From Podarcis vaucheri (lineage: Eukaryota): a stretch of 64,000 nt of DNA. The position numbers were made by a program, and so were the translations under genes. The stretch lies in NCBI GenBank assembly GCA_965113315.1, contig OZ220369.1; one strand, given 5' to 3'. Positions 45,854-57,800 of the stretch are shown piece after piece. The notes beneath the pieces are model-generated. The model did not search any database and was not told where the DNA came from. It saw only the letters and a list, made by a program, of their open reading frames with translations. Every line of letters starts with the position of its first letter. The first letter of the stretch is position 1.

Positions 45854-48535
45854 GTGACATCACTGCCTGCATTTCTGAGAGTGCTTTTCAAGCTTGCTTT
45901 TCCTCTGTTGCACTGGCTTTGAAAAAATTATTAATCCTGCCTCCCAAGAGGAAGCACACCCTATTATAGGAAAATAAGAAGCTTGTTGCACAGTATGGAC
46001 TTTGGGGTTTTGACAAAACATTACAATCTGCTGGAGTTGGACGGTGGAGATGTTGGTGTTTATGGTCCTGTACCAGGCTAACAATTAGCAAATCATTTTC
46101 ACTCTTCCATTGCTTCATCTAGTGTTATATAAGCAAGTGAAAAAATGCCCTGGAAGTAATTAATAGGAATTCGTGGTGGCACGTTGGTCCTGATTGGCGT
46201 GCCTCCCTGTGGGCCAACTTGCAGCCTGGGAGAAGCCCTGAGGAGCTCCGTCTACCATCTCACTTGGTGATGAGTTCTGGAGCACTCAAAAGCTTGCATA
46301 CTATTTTGTGATATTTTGGTTGCCCCAATAAAGGTCATGCCCTATGGAGGACTTGCTGGTTTGTTTTTCCCTTAACAGCCATCACAGTACCCTTACTTTT
46401 TTGTGTTGCTTCCTTGGCAGAAGTTAATGCCCAATGGTTAGTGTTGTACAACATTGTAGAACAGTGGTAGGGAGTGACTGTCCCTCCCAAGTATTGTTCG
46501 CCTCCAGCTCCAGACAACGTCGCTGATGGTCAGGGAGGGTGGGAGTTGTAACCCAGCAACACCTGGGTTTTTGAGACCATTTTGCTGGTCCAACTTTGCA
46601 CAATGGAGGGGTCATCTCCACACCTATGCACTTATCTGCAGATTGAATCTCCTGCTTTGGTTATACTCCTGTAATAAGGTGTGGATTCCTTGCCTCCACA
46701 CTTCCCTTGGAGGCTTTCACTCTCTGAACTGCACTTGAGTCTTTGGGTGGGGAGGGGAGAATCTCAAGTCCAGGAATATCCCCCTGAGCTCATTTTCTTC
46801 AACCAGGGGTGGGGCATCTGTGCCCCTCCAAATGTTTCAGGCCTGCAGCTCCTATTTTCAACCATCCTGGCTTCTGGGGCTGGTGGGAGCCGAAATCCAG
46901 CAGCAACAGGCTCCCCGCCCCTGCCATAAACAGTCATTGTTGTGACCCAAGGAAGCAGCTCAGCCAAAAGGCACTTTTACCAAACAATTTAAAACATGAC
47001 ATGGTCCTGTTTTTGTTTTTTGTTTGAATTTTATTTCTTGCTTCCACAAGTATTGTTTCGTTGGTCCCCGGATAAAGCTGCAAACAATGTGAAGCTGGGA
47101 CTCTTGCACATTACGTCCCTCTGCTTGGGTTTGGCAAGCAAGCCATGAGTCAATAAGAAGAATTTCAGGTTGGGTGTTAACAAGCATTATGTAATAATGA
47201 AGAGGAGCATGAGACTCAAGGCAGTGTCTCCTAGAGTGTCCTGGGAGCTGTTGTGAACAGAACTTGCAGTGGAATCTGTGGCAGTTTCAAAAGTTCCCTT
47301 TTCATTAAACATGCTGAGGATTGTACTGCATGTGTTTTGCCCATATTTTTTTTTAGCATGTGGTGTATTAACTGGGACGGTCTATTTGAAAAAGCCTTTT
47401 ATGGTACCTTTACATTCGGTTACAGCAGAATTTATTGTCCTTACTGTAAACTCGTCTTTTCTTTGTTGAAGAATACCTTTCAAGTTGTGCTGTTCAGGGG
47501 TTCTAGCTTAGATACATATGATCATCAAGACGCTTCCTTTTTCTTTGGCTTTTGATGCATTTTTATTGAGGAGGCTGCCTAGCAAGGTGGCAACACCCCT
47601 CAATTTAATTAGAAAGGGAGTCTGTTGCCTGCAGCCTTTCAGCAGGTTGACTCCAGTTTCTGTTCACCAAGTATTGGTGAACCGCCTGCAAGTGTGTGGT
47701 GGAGCAGCAGCAGTGACTTGACTGAAGCACTGAGAACCAAGCTCTGCCTGCTCTTGTGTGACACTCCGGGGATGGTTCTGTGTGTGGGGTCAGCCAGCTA
47801 TTCACCACAAAGATATATTCGAAAAAAGCAAGTTTGCTGAAATCCACCAAAGCAAAATCTCTCTTTGGGTGTTCTTTTCCCTCCTGTAATTGTGCAGTGA
47901 GCACAGTCAAAGTTCCATATTTCAGGAGGAGCCTCCAGGAGTGCTTGAAATATGGGGACAATTATGTGTCAGGGTGCTGGGCTTCCCCCTCCCATGGCTG
48001 CAGTAGTAATCAGGTCTTCTGATGGACCCAAATGTGGTTATGGAAATGCAGCAGTCTGGCTTCAGTGCTGAGACATTTCAAAAGGAGTAAGATGCACCAT
48101 CCTCATCTGGTTATGGGCTATTCTTCTCTCTTAGCGGAGATGTTCATCATCATTAGCTTGTCTTTCTCACTCTCCCTCCACTTGGCTTCTGTTTCACCAG
48201 GATGAAGGCGCTGCAGGATGAAGGCGAAGGGGAGATGGAGTCGTTGAAACAAAAGGCTTCTGCAGCTCTCAGTCGGGAGAGCTGTCTGAAGCTAACTCCC
48301 CACAAAAATCTGGGGCCATTGGGTCATCTTCAGACGGAGAGGATGCAGTGATTCTGGATGCTGTGACCATCCAGAGGTGTCACATGAACACGTTGTTTTC
48401 AACAGTAAAATGAAAAGGGGGCGATTGCTAATGATAGATTCATGCAGTTTTCCAGGTGGCTTAGAAGGGAGAACTTGAATTTGACCAGGCCATGGCAATA
48501 GAAGCCTCCTTACTGTAGCCCTTTGTCTGCTCACT

Positions 48536-48825
48536 ATGAATGAGGACCTGCTCCAGGATGATTTCTTGGACCAGCCGGAAAACTGGTTGCCGGCCAACTT
48601 GGCCGAAATTGAGAACCGTGAAGGCGATACTCTTGAGCAGAATGGTACCTGCGAAGAAGCCGCCGCACAGATACGTTGTGGTGGAAGTACAGAAAGCAGC
48701 TCCATTGGAAATGAGTCCATCGGGACCAGCACTCACTGCCTTGAATCAAATGGCAGCTTGGCCAGAAATCCTGATGGGCAGGACAGATCTGTAGGTGGCA
48801 GTGGTAGCAGCAGCAGCTGCAGCAG
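48536..48825 (+). CDS. PER3: PER3 first coding exon (MNEDLLQDD...SSSSCS)
   Basis: Open frame from ATG; donor cag|gtaact in phase 2 matches the next exon; start codon inferred. Confidence 0.75.
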
Positions 48826-51800
48826 GTAACTCTTTTTGCCAGTTTGGTGAAAAGCTTAGTCACATTCTGATTCTAAAGTTGGCACTTGTAATGTCCCAAG
48901 GTTGAAAGCAGGAACTGCTGGGCCTGAATTTAGGAGCCAAGCACCATATATATGGGGCACATTTGGAGGTATTCAAGTATAGACCTGTAAATTGTGGTCA
49001 CAGAGTGACACTTAGGGGATGAATGGATGCAAAGTTCCAGGGAGGAGCAGGTGACTCCATCCTCCCTTCATCTCCACCATCCAAGAATTGAGTGGGCTCA
49101 ATACCCCCCCCAAAAAAAAAAAAATTGGGTAAACTCACTGATCCATGTAGTGCTTGCTTTGGGATGAAGGCATCCCCCTCATATTAACCAGATTTGGCAG
49201 GAGTGAAATAAGAAAGAGTTGCCAGCTGATTTCCTCCACGCAGAGCAGAAATGCCCTTCTAAAGGCAGTATTGGGTTAATTGCAGCCTTGGCCAGCCTGG
49301 TGCCTGCCAATTGCCTTGGACTAAAAGTGGGTTAATCCCTTAATCCACAGAACCTTTCATGCAGCAGCAGACTTCCCGCAATTGTGCATATGATTGGCAT
49401 TGCGGGGGGGGGGGTGCAATAAAAATTTAAAACCACAATAGTGAGGCACAGCAAGTAAGTAAATTAAACCACAGGAGACTTCAGAAGCCGCCAGAATACA
49501 TACTTTTTTAAAATTCAAAACCCCCGGAGAAAGAAAGAACTGTTCCCATCCTTCCTAGAGAGGCCATTCTGCAGCTCTGGAGGCAATTTCAGAAAAGGCC
49601 ATGCTCCTAGCCATACCTGTTGGAAAGCGGGATATGGAGCAGGGTTCAAAATGGGGGCATAGGAGTCCATACAGAGGGCGCTATTATCTTGGGCCATAAT
49701 GGCTTTTAAAGGCATGCTTCAGTGCTCTCAGGTATTTTAGCTGAGGGCCAGGCAGTCTGAAGTGTTTATGGGGCTTGTGACAAGAAACGTAGAGCCTGGA
49801 ATGTGCAGAGTGCCATAAACAAATAGGGTTCGATGCGCCAGCCTTGCCCACATACTGGTCCTGTTAGATGACAGAGCTCCAGGTCCTTCTTTACAGCACA
49901 AGGAGCAACCTTTCTTTGTGCTGGAGCAAACATGGCTTTCAGCTTCTCCCCACCCAAAGCAGATATCACCTAAGAAAGGCCCTTCTTTCTAAAATGTGCT
50001 GTTGTGCTTTTTTATGTATTCATCTGCAGTGAGCTGCTTTGTTGGAACCAAAGTAATAATAGAAAGCTGAAGCTGCTGATCCAGGAAATGAAGCAATATC
50101 TCCCTGCAGAGCAGGTGGAGAGTTGCAGCAAGGCCAGCAGCCTCTGTGCCCTGAACTACGCTCTCAAGTGTGTCCAGCAGATCCAAGGTACGTGGGTGCA
50201 TTTGAAGAAATCCCACACTGCACGTGTCGGCCTGTGCCCCAACTCCCATCTATTGGCATGGCTGTATGATGCTGGGGATTGAGTCCAGTGTTCTGGAGGG
50301 TGCTGAAGGGTGGCACATGTAATGGCAGTTTCCTGGGTTCCATCTCTCTTGTGCTCTCTCACATGAGCAAGCAGTGTAACCCAGGAGGGTGCACCTGCCA
50401 AGGCAGGGACTATGAGAGGGCACACAGAATATGTTGTGCTTTCAGGAAGGGGCCACTGGCCGCTCGTTGTGTTCAGTGACAGCATGCCTTTGAATTCTTC
50501 CTTAGAATGGGATCTTGAATCTGGCATGGTCATTTTACAAGCAGGGTTACGTAAGAAATACCCCAATTTGCCACCTGTTCATTGCTGATTTCTCCCCTCT
50601 GCCTCTTGCTTCCCTTGCCTCCTCACCAGCTGACAACAAAGTTTCTAAGGCTTTTGGTAAGCATGGAGCACATCAGACCGATGCCCCTGTGTATGGAGTG
50701 GAAGAGCTGGCAGCCATCATGTCTGAGCACACCCCCAAAAACACAGTAAGTGACCCGAATGCTAATTGGGGCTCTTTGCCCATTTCAGGTGTACTGGTCA
50801 AAGAGTTAGCAGCAGCTCAAAGACGCTTCATAAAACGTAACCACCACAAAATGGCTGTTGTCTTCCTTCGCTGTAAAGCTGCATCTCTGCTTCACTCTTA
50901 GAGAAGGGATGACAGAGACCTCCCAAGAAGTACTAATGAGTGATAAAAGCACTGAGCAGGAATTGGTGGATCTGTCTGTGTGCAGGTCCCTGGGACACTT
51001 TTGTTTCTCAGCCTCTGGAAAACACAAGGCCGCGAGGGTTCTGTGTTGATGTCAGTAACCTATCTCCATCCTGAATCAGGTGGGGGAGGGACCTTTTAGA
51101 TGAAGCAAGGCCACATTCCCTAGTAGGTGGAGCCAGAAGCCGAAAGCAAGGCAGAGCAAGAGATGTGTCCCTTAGCTTTGTACAGCTGGCTACATTTCAA
51201 CCAGAGAATTTCTTAAACATGCATATCTCCATCTCCATCCTCCACCTAGGCAAGCAGGAAATCTTCTCACACTTCAGGACTCATTCCTCTAGGCAAGAAG
51301 CACTTGGTGGAGGGCATGGAGTGGGGCTGCTGGTAGAGGAGCAGGGCTTGAGGAGAGTCCCGAGAGAGGGAGGCATGGAGGGCACATTTGACCCTTGGAC
51401 CTTAAGGGCCCTTGCTTCTGGTTTAAGGACATACCATGTAGCTGAGAAGCGGCAGGTGGCAACTGGATCCCGATTTGTAACCTGAAAACTGAACATCTGT
51501 GTCTCTCTGTGATCTTGTTGGCTTGCCAAGTGGCTCCTGCTGTTCTGGCTGTGCTTGAGGATTGTGCTTCTTTTCCTCCAGGACACCTTTGTAGCCATCT
51601 TTTCATTGCTCTCTGGGCGGACTGTGCATGTCTCTGAGCAAGCTGCCTCTGTCCTGAATTGCAAAAGGAAATGCTTGGAGTCCTGCCGCTTTGCAGAGTT
51701 GTTGGCTCCCCAGGATGTGGGCGTCTTCTACACTCACACCAACCGGGCTCACCTGCCACTTTGGAATACGGAGGCCCCAAAAGGTGAATTGCTCTGCCCG

Positions 51801-54800
51801 GGGAAATTTCATCTCATGTGCATGGTTGTATAAAATGCAAAACACTTGAATGAGTTGTAAATATTGTGCTCCAGATAAACACAGAGAATTATCTGGTTTA
51901 CCAGTAATTCTTGTGTTGCTATTACAATATTGCAGCACATAGTCACTACCTAACCAAATGGGGGGGGGGAGGGGGGAACCCTCCAATCTTCAGGCCAGAT
52001 TTGACCCGACATGTGTCCCAATTTTTGCCGGGCTCTTTCAGCTCCCACACACCTGATGTCACCTGTGACATCTGTATGGGACAGGTAGAGATGTGACTGA
52101 GTTGGCTGTGCAGCCAAGTTCCTCACAGGGCAGTTGATTGTTCAGCCAGTCCCTGCAGAAAGCATCAGCTGAAGGGCACTGAGTTTACCCACTGGGCCAG
52201 GCAACCGACTTGAGTTCCGCTCCTGGAACTTGATAACACAGCTGATTCCTGCTGTTCCTCACCAGCTGGCTGCTGGGTGGTTGGGAAGGACTTTGACAGG
52301 TGGACATGACAACCTGTCTGTCTGTCATCTGACAGGACATCTGGTACTTGACTCGCTCACCTATCAGAGTTAGCCTGTGGGGTTGGGGACAGATAATGTC
52401 GTTAAAAACTTGTGCACGCTCTTGCAGCACTGAAAGTTCAGAGACTAGTCCTGGGAGAAATGGGCTGAGGGTGGAGGGGTGGGCAGGTCAAGGGCACAAA
52501 TAAGTAGTTGGTCTTCTTTGCATGCAGCTCATCTGACCATGGAATGGGAGCTGAGCGTGAGCTTTTAGTTGCATAGGAGAGCTGAAAAGAATGCTAATAT
52601 ATTTCACATTTGGCAACTCATGCAGTTCTTTGGTTTCAGATAGTAGATGGGTAGACGAGTCTAAAAAGTCTGAGGCACAAATTTTCACAGCCGTCTAGCA
52701 GCTATGGTGACTCATTTACCAGAAGTAATGTATTTAGCATTAACTCTAGAAGTATATACTCAGTTCTGACCAAATTAAGCCTGCTAGAGTGAAATATACT
52801 TCCACTCCCATCTTCTCTGGTCTTGGTGGGCAAAAAGGCCATCTTAGTTTTTGAAGTAGGTGTTGGGGGTGAGAGGGTACTAAGATGTGCATGCTGAGAA
52901 TGAGGAGAATTAATAAACAAATATTGGTCTCTTTGTGTATTTTTGCCCTTACAGACTCACTTTATGAATATGCACAAGTGAAGTCCTTTTTCTGCAGACT
53001 AAGGTGAGTATCATGCAGGATTATGGCAAGAAGAGGGGTGTTACAAGCTATTTTCACCAGAACTTTTCTGTGTGCATGTTGATGCCCAAGCATTTTAGGA
53101 TGGTAGTGGTGACATTTCTTCCTATTACCACCCTGCTTCATTTTACGAGATTAACTGGAAATAGTCCTTCTCCCCCCCCCAACTTGGTAGTACGGAGTAG
53201 AATCTGTGACTACAAGGTGATTCAGTTTCTTACTAAAAGGAAGCGTTTGGCTGTAGACTGTTCCTACTGTTATAACACTTTGATGCTAAAATGCTGCTCT
53301 TCAAAGGAGACAAAGGACTCAAGCATCAGAGTGAATTAACAGGACTGCAGCTTCCTCTTCCTTCTAGCCAGAAACCTAGACAATCCCTTGCCATTTGGAG
53401 TAAACTTCACCTGTAACTGACGAATCAATGGTTTTCTGTTGTTTTGTTTGCAGGGGAGGCAAAGGTCAAGACCGAGAGGAGCACTACTACCCATTCCGGA
53501 TGACCCCTTATTTGATCAACTTCTCTGTCTCTGATCCCAGTGGGCCGATGTCTTGTTGCTTGGCTCTCGCTGAAAAAATCCACTCTGGCTATGAAGGCAA
53601 GAAAAGGGGAACTCCAGTTAAAATTGGCTGGGCTAAAACCCAAGTGTATCATGCTAGATTCTGTTATGTTTCCATCCCATCTTCTTCTGGGAATTAACTT
53701 TGGGACTGGATTGCACCCAGCATCCCTGTTAAATGGTCTGTGTGTGTCTCATGGATGTGTCGGGATGTAGACAAGGCGGATGCTTTCAGTTCTTGTGTGT
53801 GAGCCAGTTTGACAGAACATTTCAACTTCCTGGTCAGCATGCAAGGGAATATGGACTGTAGCCAAGTAGACCCACTGAAATTAATACCACCTAAGTTAGT
53901 CATATCCATTAACTGCAGTGGGTCTGCTCTGAAAGGCACTAACCCTGGATAAAAATTCCATTACTCTAATCTAATTCTGTGAACGAAGGGAGGTTCTAGG
54001 TGGAACAGTATCTCTTTTCTTTCCTCAGCCTCTTTTGATAAGGAAGGGCTCCTGAAACCCAGAGAGAGAGTTCCTGCAAGTGTTGAGTGTTGTGGGTCCG
54101 CTGTCAGAAAGGAAAGTTGCATGGGTTCACATGAACCTCTAAGTGGATCTTGAGCTATCACTGATACTTTGTGTTTCTTTCTTTTAAATTGTTAGCTCCT
54201 CGAATTCCTGTAGAAAAGAGGATCTTCACCACCACTCACACCCCAGGCTGTCTCTTTCTGGAGGTGGATGACAGGTGACGACTTTTATCTTGCTCATACA
54301 TATGAGGTGTGTTGCTGGCAATGCCAGAGAGAAATGCCATTAGGGGCTGATGCGTTGTCTGTTGCAGGCATGGGGTGCGCCCCTCTGTGGCCCTCCAGAG
54401 CTTGTTGGACTCCACCTGTGAACTGTCCCGGCAGGCAGCGTGGCCAGGGGTCCGAGGTGGCAATGGGAGTTAAGAGTCTAGCAACACCTGGAGGACACAG
54501 ATGCTCCCCACACAATGGGTGTATTGCTTTGTCTTATCCTAATAGTAACCAAAGAGCTGTCTCCTGAAGGCTTTTGAAAACACCCTGAACTCATGAAAGG
54601 TTCAATGAACAGCTGAAAAAACGCAGCCCTCCCGGTGTGGAACCATTCATGAATTGGTGGTGATGGGAATGGCCTTTCTGGGTGATTGACTGAGATCATA
54701 GCCAACATGTGCTTAATAGTGCCATTTTCTTGATGTTTAAAAGCCCCCCCCCCCGTTTCTATGTCACAAAAGGCTCCCTTACAAGGTTGGTGTTTGCACT

Positions 54801-57800
54801 GTGCTTTTGTCAATTGGCCGCTGCATTGCTCGATTTCAGGGCGGTGCCTCTGTTGGGATACCTGCCCCAGGATTTGCTTGGGACGTCCATCTTGCAGTAC
54901 CTTCACCCGGACGATCGACCCATCATGGTAGCCATTCATCGTAAAGGTAAGTTTCAGTCGCTCATCTGCCTTTGGACCTGATGTGGGTGGAGGGAGTGTC
55001 CTCAGTGTCACAAGAGGAAGGGAGCAGGTTTTTCCCTGCTCAGCTCCCATTCCGTGGTCAGACGAGCTGCATGCAGGGAAGAGGGTGATGCTGTTTTGGA
55101 GCAATGAGGCCTTTGCGTGTGTTCTCTCTCCCCAGAAGTGGAGGCTTCCACTCCCATGGTGTAGTGCCTGTAGGTGAGCCAGTTGCTCATCTAAGGGACT
55201 ATTTTGGGGACCATTTGTTCTGCATGTTTTTTAACTTCAAACCATTCTGGATTTTATTTCAATTTGTTTCTTAACCTCTGCATTCAGGCCATAGAACCCA
55301 TAGCAAAGGCTCATGGGATTGCAATTGCAAAGGCTCCTGTGATTGCTAACTATTTTATTGCTCTTTTCATGCCATTTTGAAATTTACTGCTCTTTTTGGG
55401 CTGTTTTTGCCCTTTTTGCAGTTTAAATTGATTTAATTATCTCCTGGTCACACATGAGTAGAACACGTGTAAGTGGGGAGACACCTGTATTATGTTCACT
55501 GACCAGCAACAGCTCTCCAGGATTTCAGGCAAGAGTCTCTCCCAACCCTACCTGGAAGTCATAGAATCAGAGTTGGAAGGGACCCTGAGGATCATAAATC
55601 CAACCCTCTGCAATGCAGGAATAGGCAGCTGTGCCATATAGGGATTGAACCTGCAACCTTGGCTTTATCAATACTATGCTCTATCCTATCCAACTGAGTT
55701 ATCCAGGATGCCAGATGCTGAGGATTGAACTTGGGATGTTCTACATGCAAAGCAGACACTCTACCACTGGTTGCCCCCCCCCCCCATAACCTCTCTCCTT
55801 CTGGCCGAGAAGAAGGATAGAACTTTGCATTAAGCTAGTTCCACTTGGTGTGGGCAGGCCTTTGTGCGCTTCCATTGGCTGTTGTCAATCCAGCCTTGTC
55901 TTTGTCTCTGGCTTTTACTCAGTTCTGAAGTTTGCGGGCCGCCCTCCCTTCGAGCACTCGCCCATCCGATTCTGTACTCAGAACGGGGACTACGTCATCC
56001 TGGATACCAGCTGGTCCAGTTTTGTGAATCCGTGGAGCCGGAAGGTCGTCTTTATCATTGGGCGGCACAAAGTCAGAACGTAAGCCTCCTGAAGCCACCA
56101 TGTTTGGGGTTTGTCATCTTTCCCTTGACACCCAGAGCCAATAAGAATTCAGATTGGATTGATACTGTGCTCCTGTGTGTGTGGGCCTGTAGAACTGGTG
56201 TAATAATTTGGGTTTAGTCCTACTCAGAGTACAGTCATTAAAATCAATGGCTGTGGATAGCTTGGGTCTGTTCATTTAAATGGGTCTCCTCTGAGTAGGA
56301 TTTACGTGAATACAACACAAAGATGGTGAGGCATGTGGCATATTACAAGGGCTTTAAATAAAGATGATGCCAATTTATCAGAGCAGGTCCAGTCAGCATC
56401 TTGCATGGTGCAGCAGTAGCAATTTCCCAGGAGTGCTAAGCTAAGGCACTGCTGTTTATTCTGGCTCTCTGCTCTCCAGGACCTGTTGAGATGCTAAGCG
56501 TCGAGCCTGGAATCATCTGTATGTAAAGCATGTGCACCTCCCTTTTGCTAAGGCCAGAGCAGATCTGACTTGCATCGTTTTATAAGCCACAAAGTCCAAA
56601 CGTAGGAAGATTCTGGCTAACGAAATGCTTGTGGCCAGTACCTGGAGGCTGGAGCTAGACAGGGAGCCCAGAGGAGACTGAGGGATTCAGATTCTTGCTG
56701 TCAGCTGACTTCTGACTGATCACATGCTGGGCGTTTGCAGCTGAGTCTTGTGATTCTTAGTAGACCCTTCCAGGAAGACCCTGGTGCTGGAGCCTTCTGG
56801 CAGGGAAGCAGACCAGCAACTCTGAGCTTTGCATTGAGTCTGCTGCTTCCTTCACTTCTGAGACTGGGGAAGGAGAGTGTGAAGAATCAGGGATCCAGGC
56901 AGGGCTTGGGAGGGGCTATTGGGGGCTCAAGTGAGGCATCTGTGAGATGGAGCTCTTTCAGGCTGCCTCAAGACTGCTGGGCTTTGGTGCAAGGCCCTCG
57001 GCTTCTTCCTCAGAAAAGCTTTTCATGGGGTTTGGGTTGGGCAGGATCCTGACACTTCGTTAAAATTTGCCTTTGCTGCAGCAAAAGAAAGGATGCCATG
57101 CCGGATATTACTGACATAGAATTTCTGTTTTGTGTTCAAATTGTTCATTGTTGAAATACTGTCTTCTCATGAGCCTCTCCGCTTGCTGCCAGGGTATTTC
57201 TTAGCCCTGCTCTAGCCTGTTTGGGCTTCCTTGGGCTGCCACAGCCATTTCTCAAGCTCCGCTTTAATTCAGGCCTTGTGTAGGAGAGCTCCTTACTTGG
57301 AAAAGCGTTTTGTTTCTAAGATATTCTGAAAATTCATTTTCAATTTGTGTCATTAGCAGATAAGGCCAGTTGTTTCCTTTTCTTTTCCCCACAGCAGGAA
57401 CAGATTTCTTTGAGTATCCAGCTACGTACTACTCAGGTCTACCCTAAGTTAGTCATTTTCATTCACTACAGTGGGCCAACTCTGAGTAGGACTTTCATTG
57501 GATACAACCCTCTGGGTTTACTCTTTCATCAGTCTGTTTAACATTATCCAGCTGGGGAGCCAGAAGAACTCTGCTGCAGAGCTAATCCCTTTCCTTGAAT
57601 AACTCACTCCTGTAATCTTGTGATACAGACCTTCCCTCATCTAGTGTCAAGATGACGCTCTGCTTCCATTCATCCTTTGCAGGAGCCCTCTGAATGAAGA
57701 TGTCTTTGCAGCAAGAAGCAAGGGGATGAACAGGGTTGACAAGGAGATCTGGGAGCTCCAAGGACAGATCTATAAGCTGCTTCTGCAAGTACGGAGGGGA

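Noticed and set aside
54478-55104. 208-aa antisense ORF
   Set aside because: Antisense to a PER3 exon and its introns, with no recognisable homology
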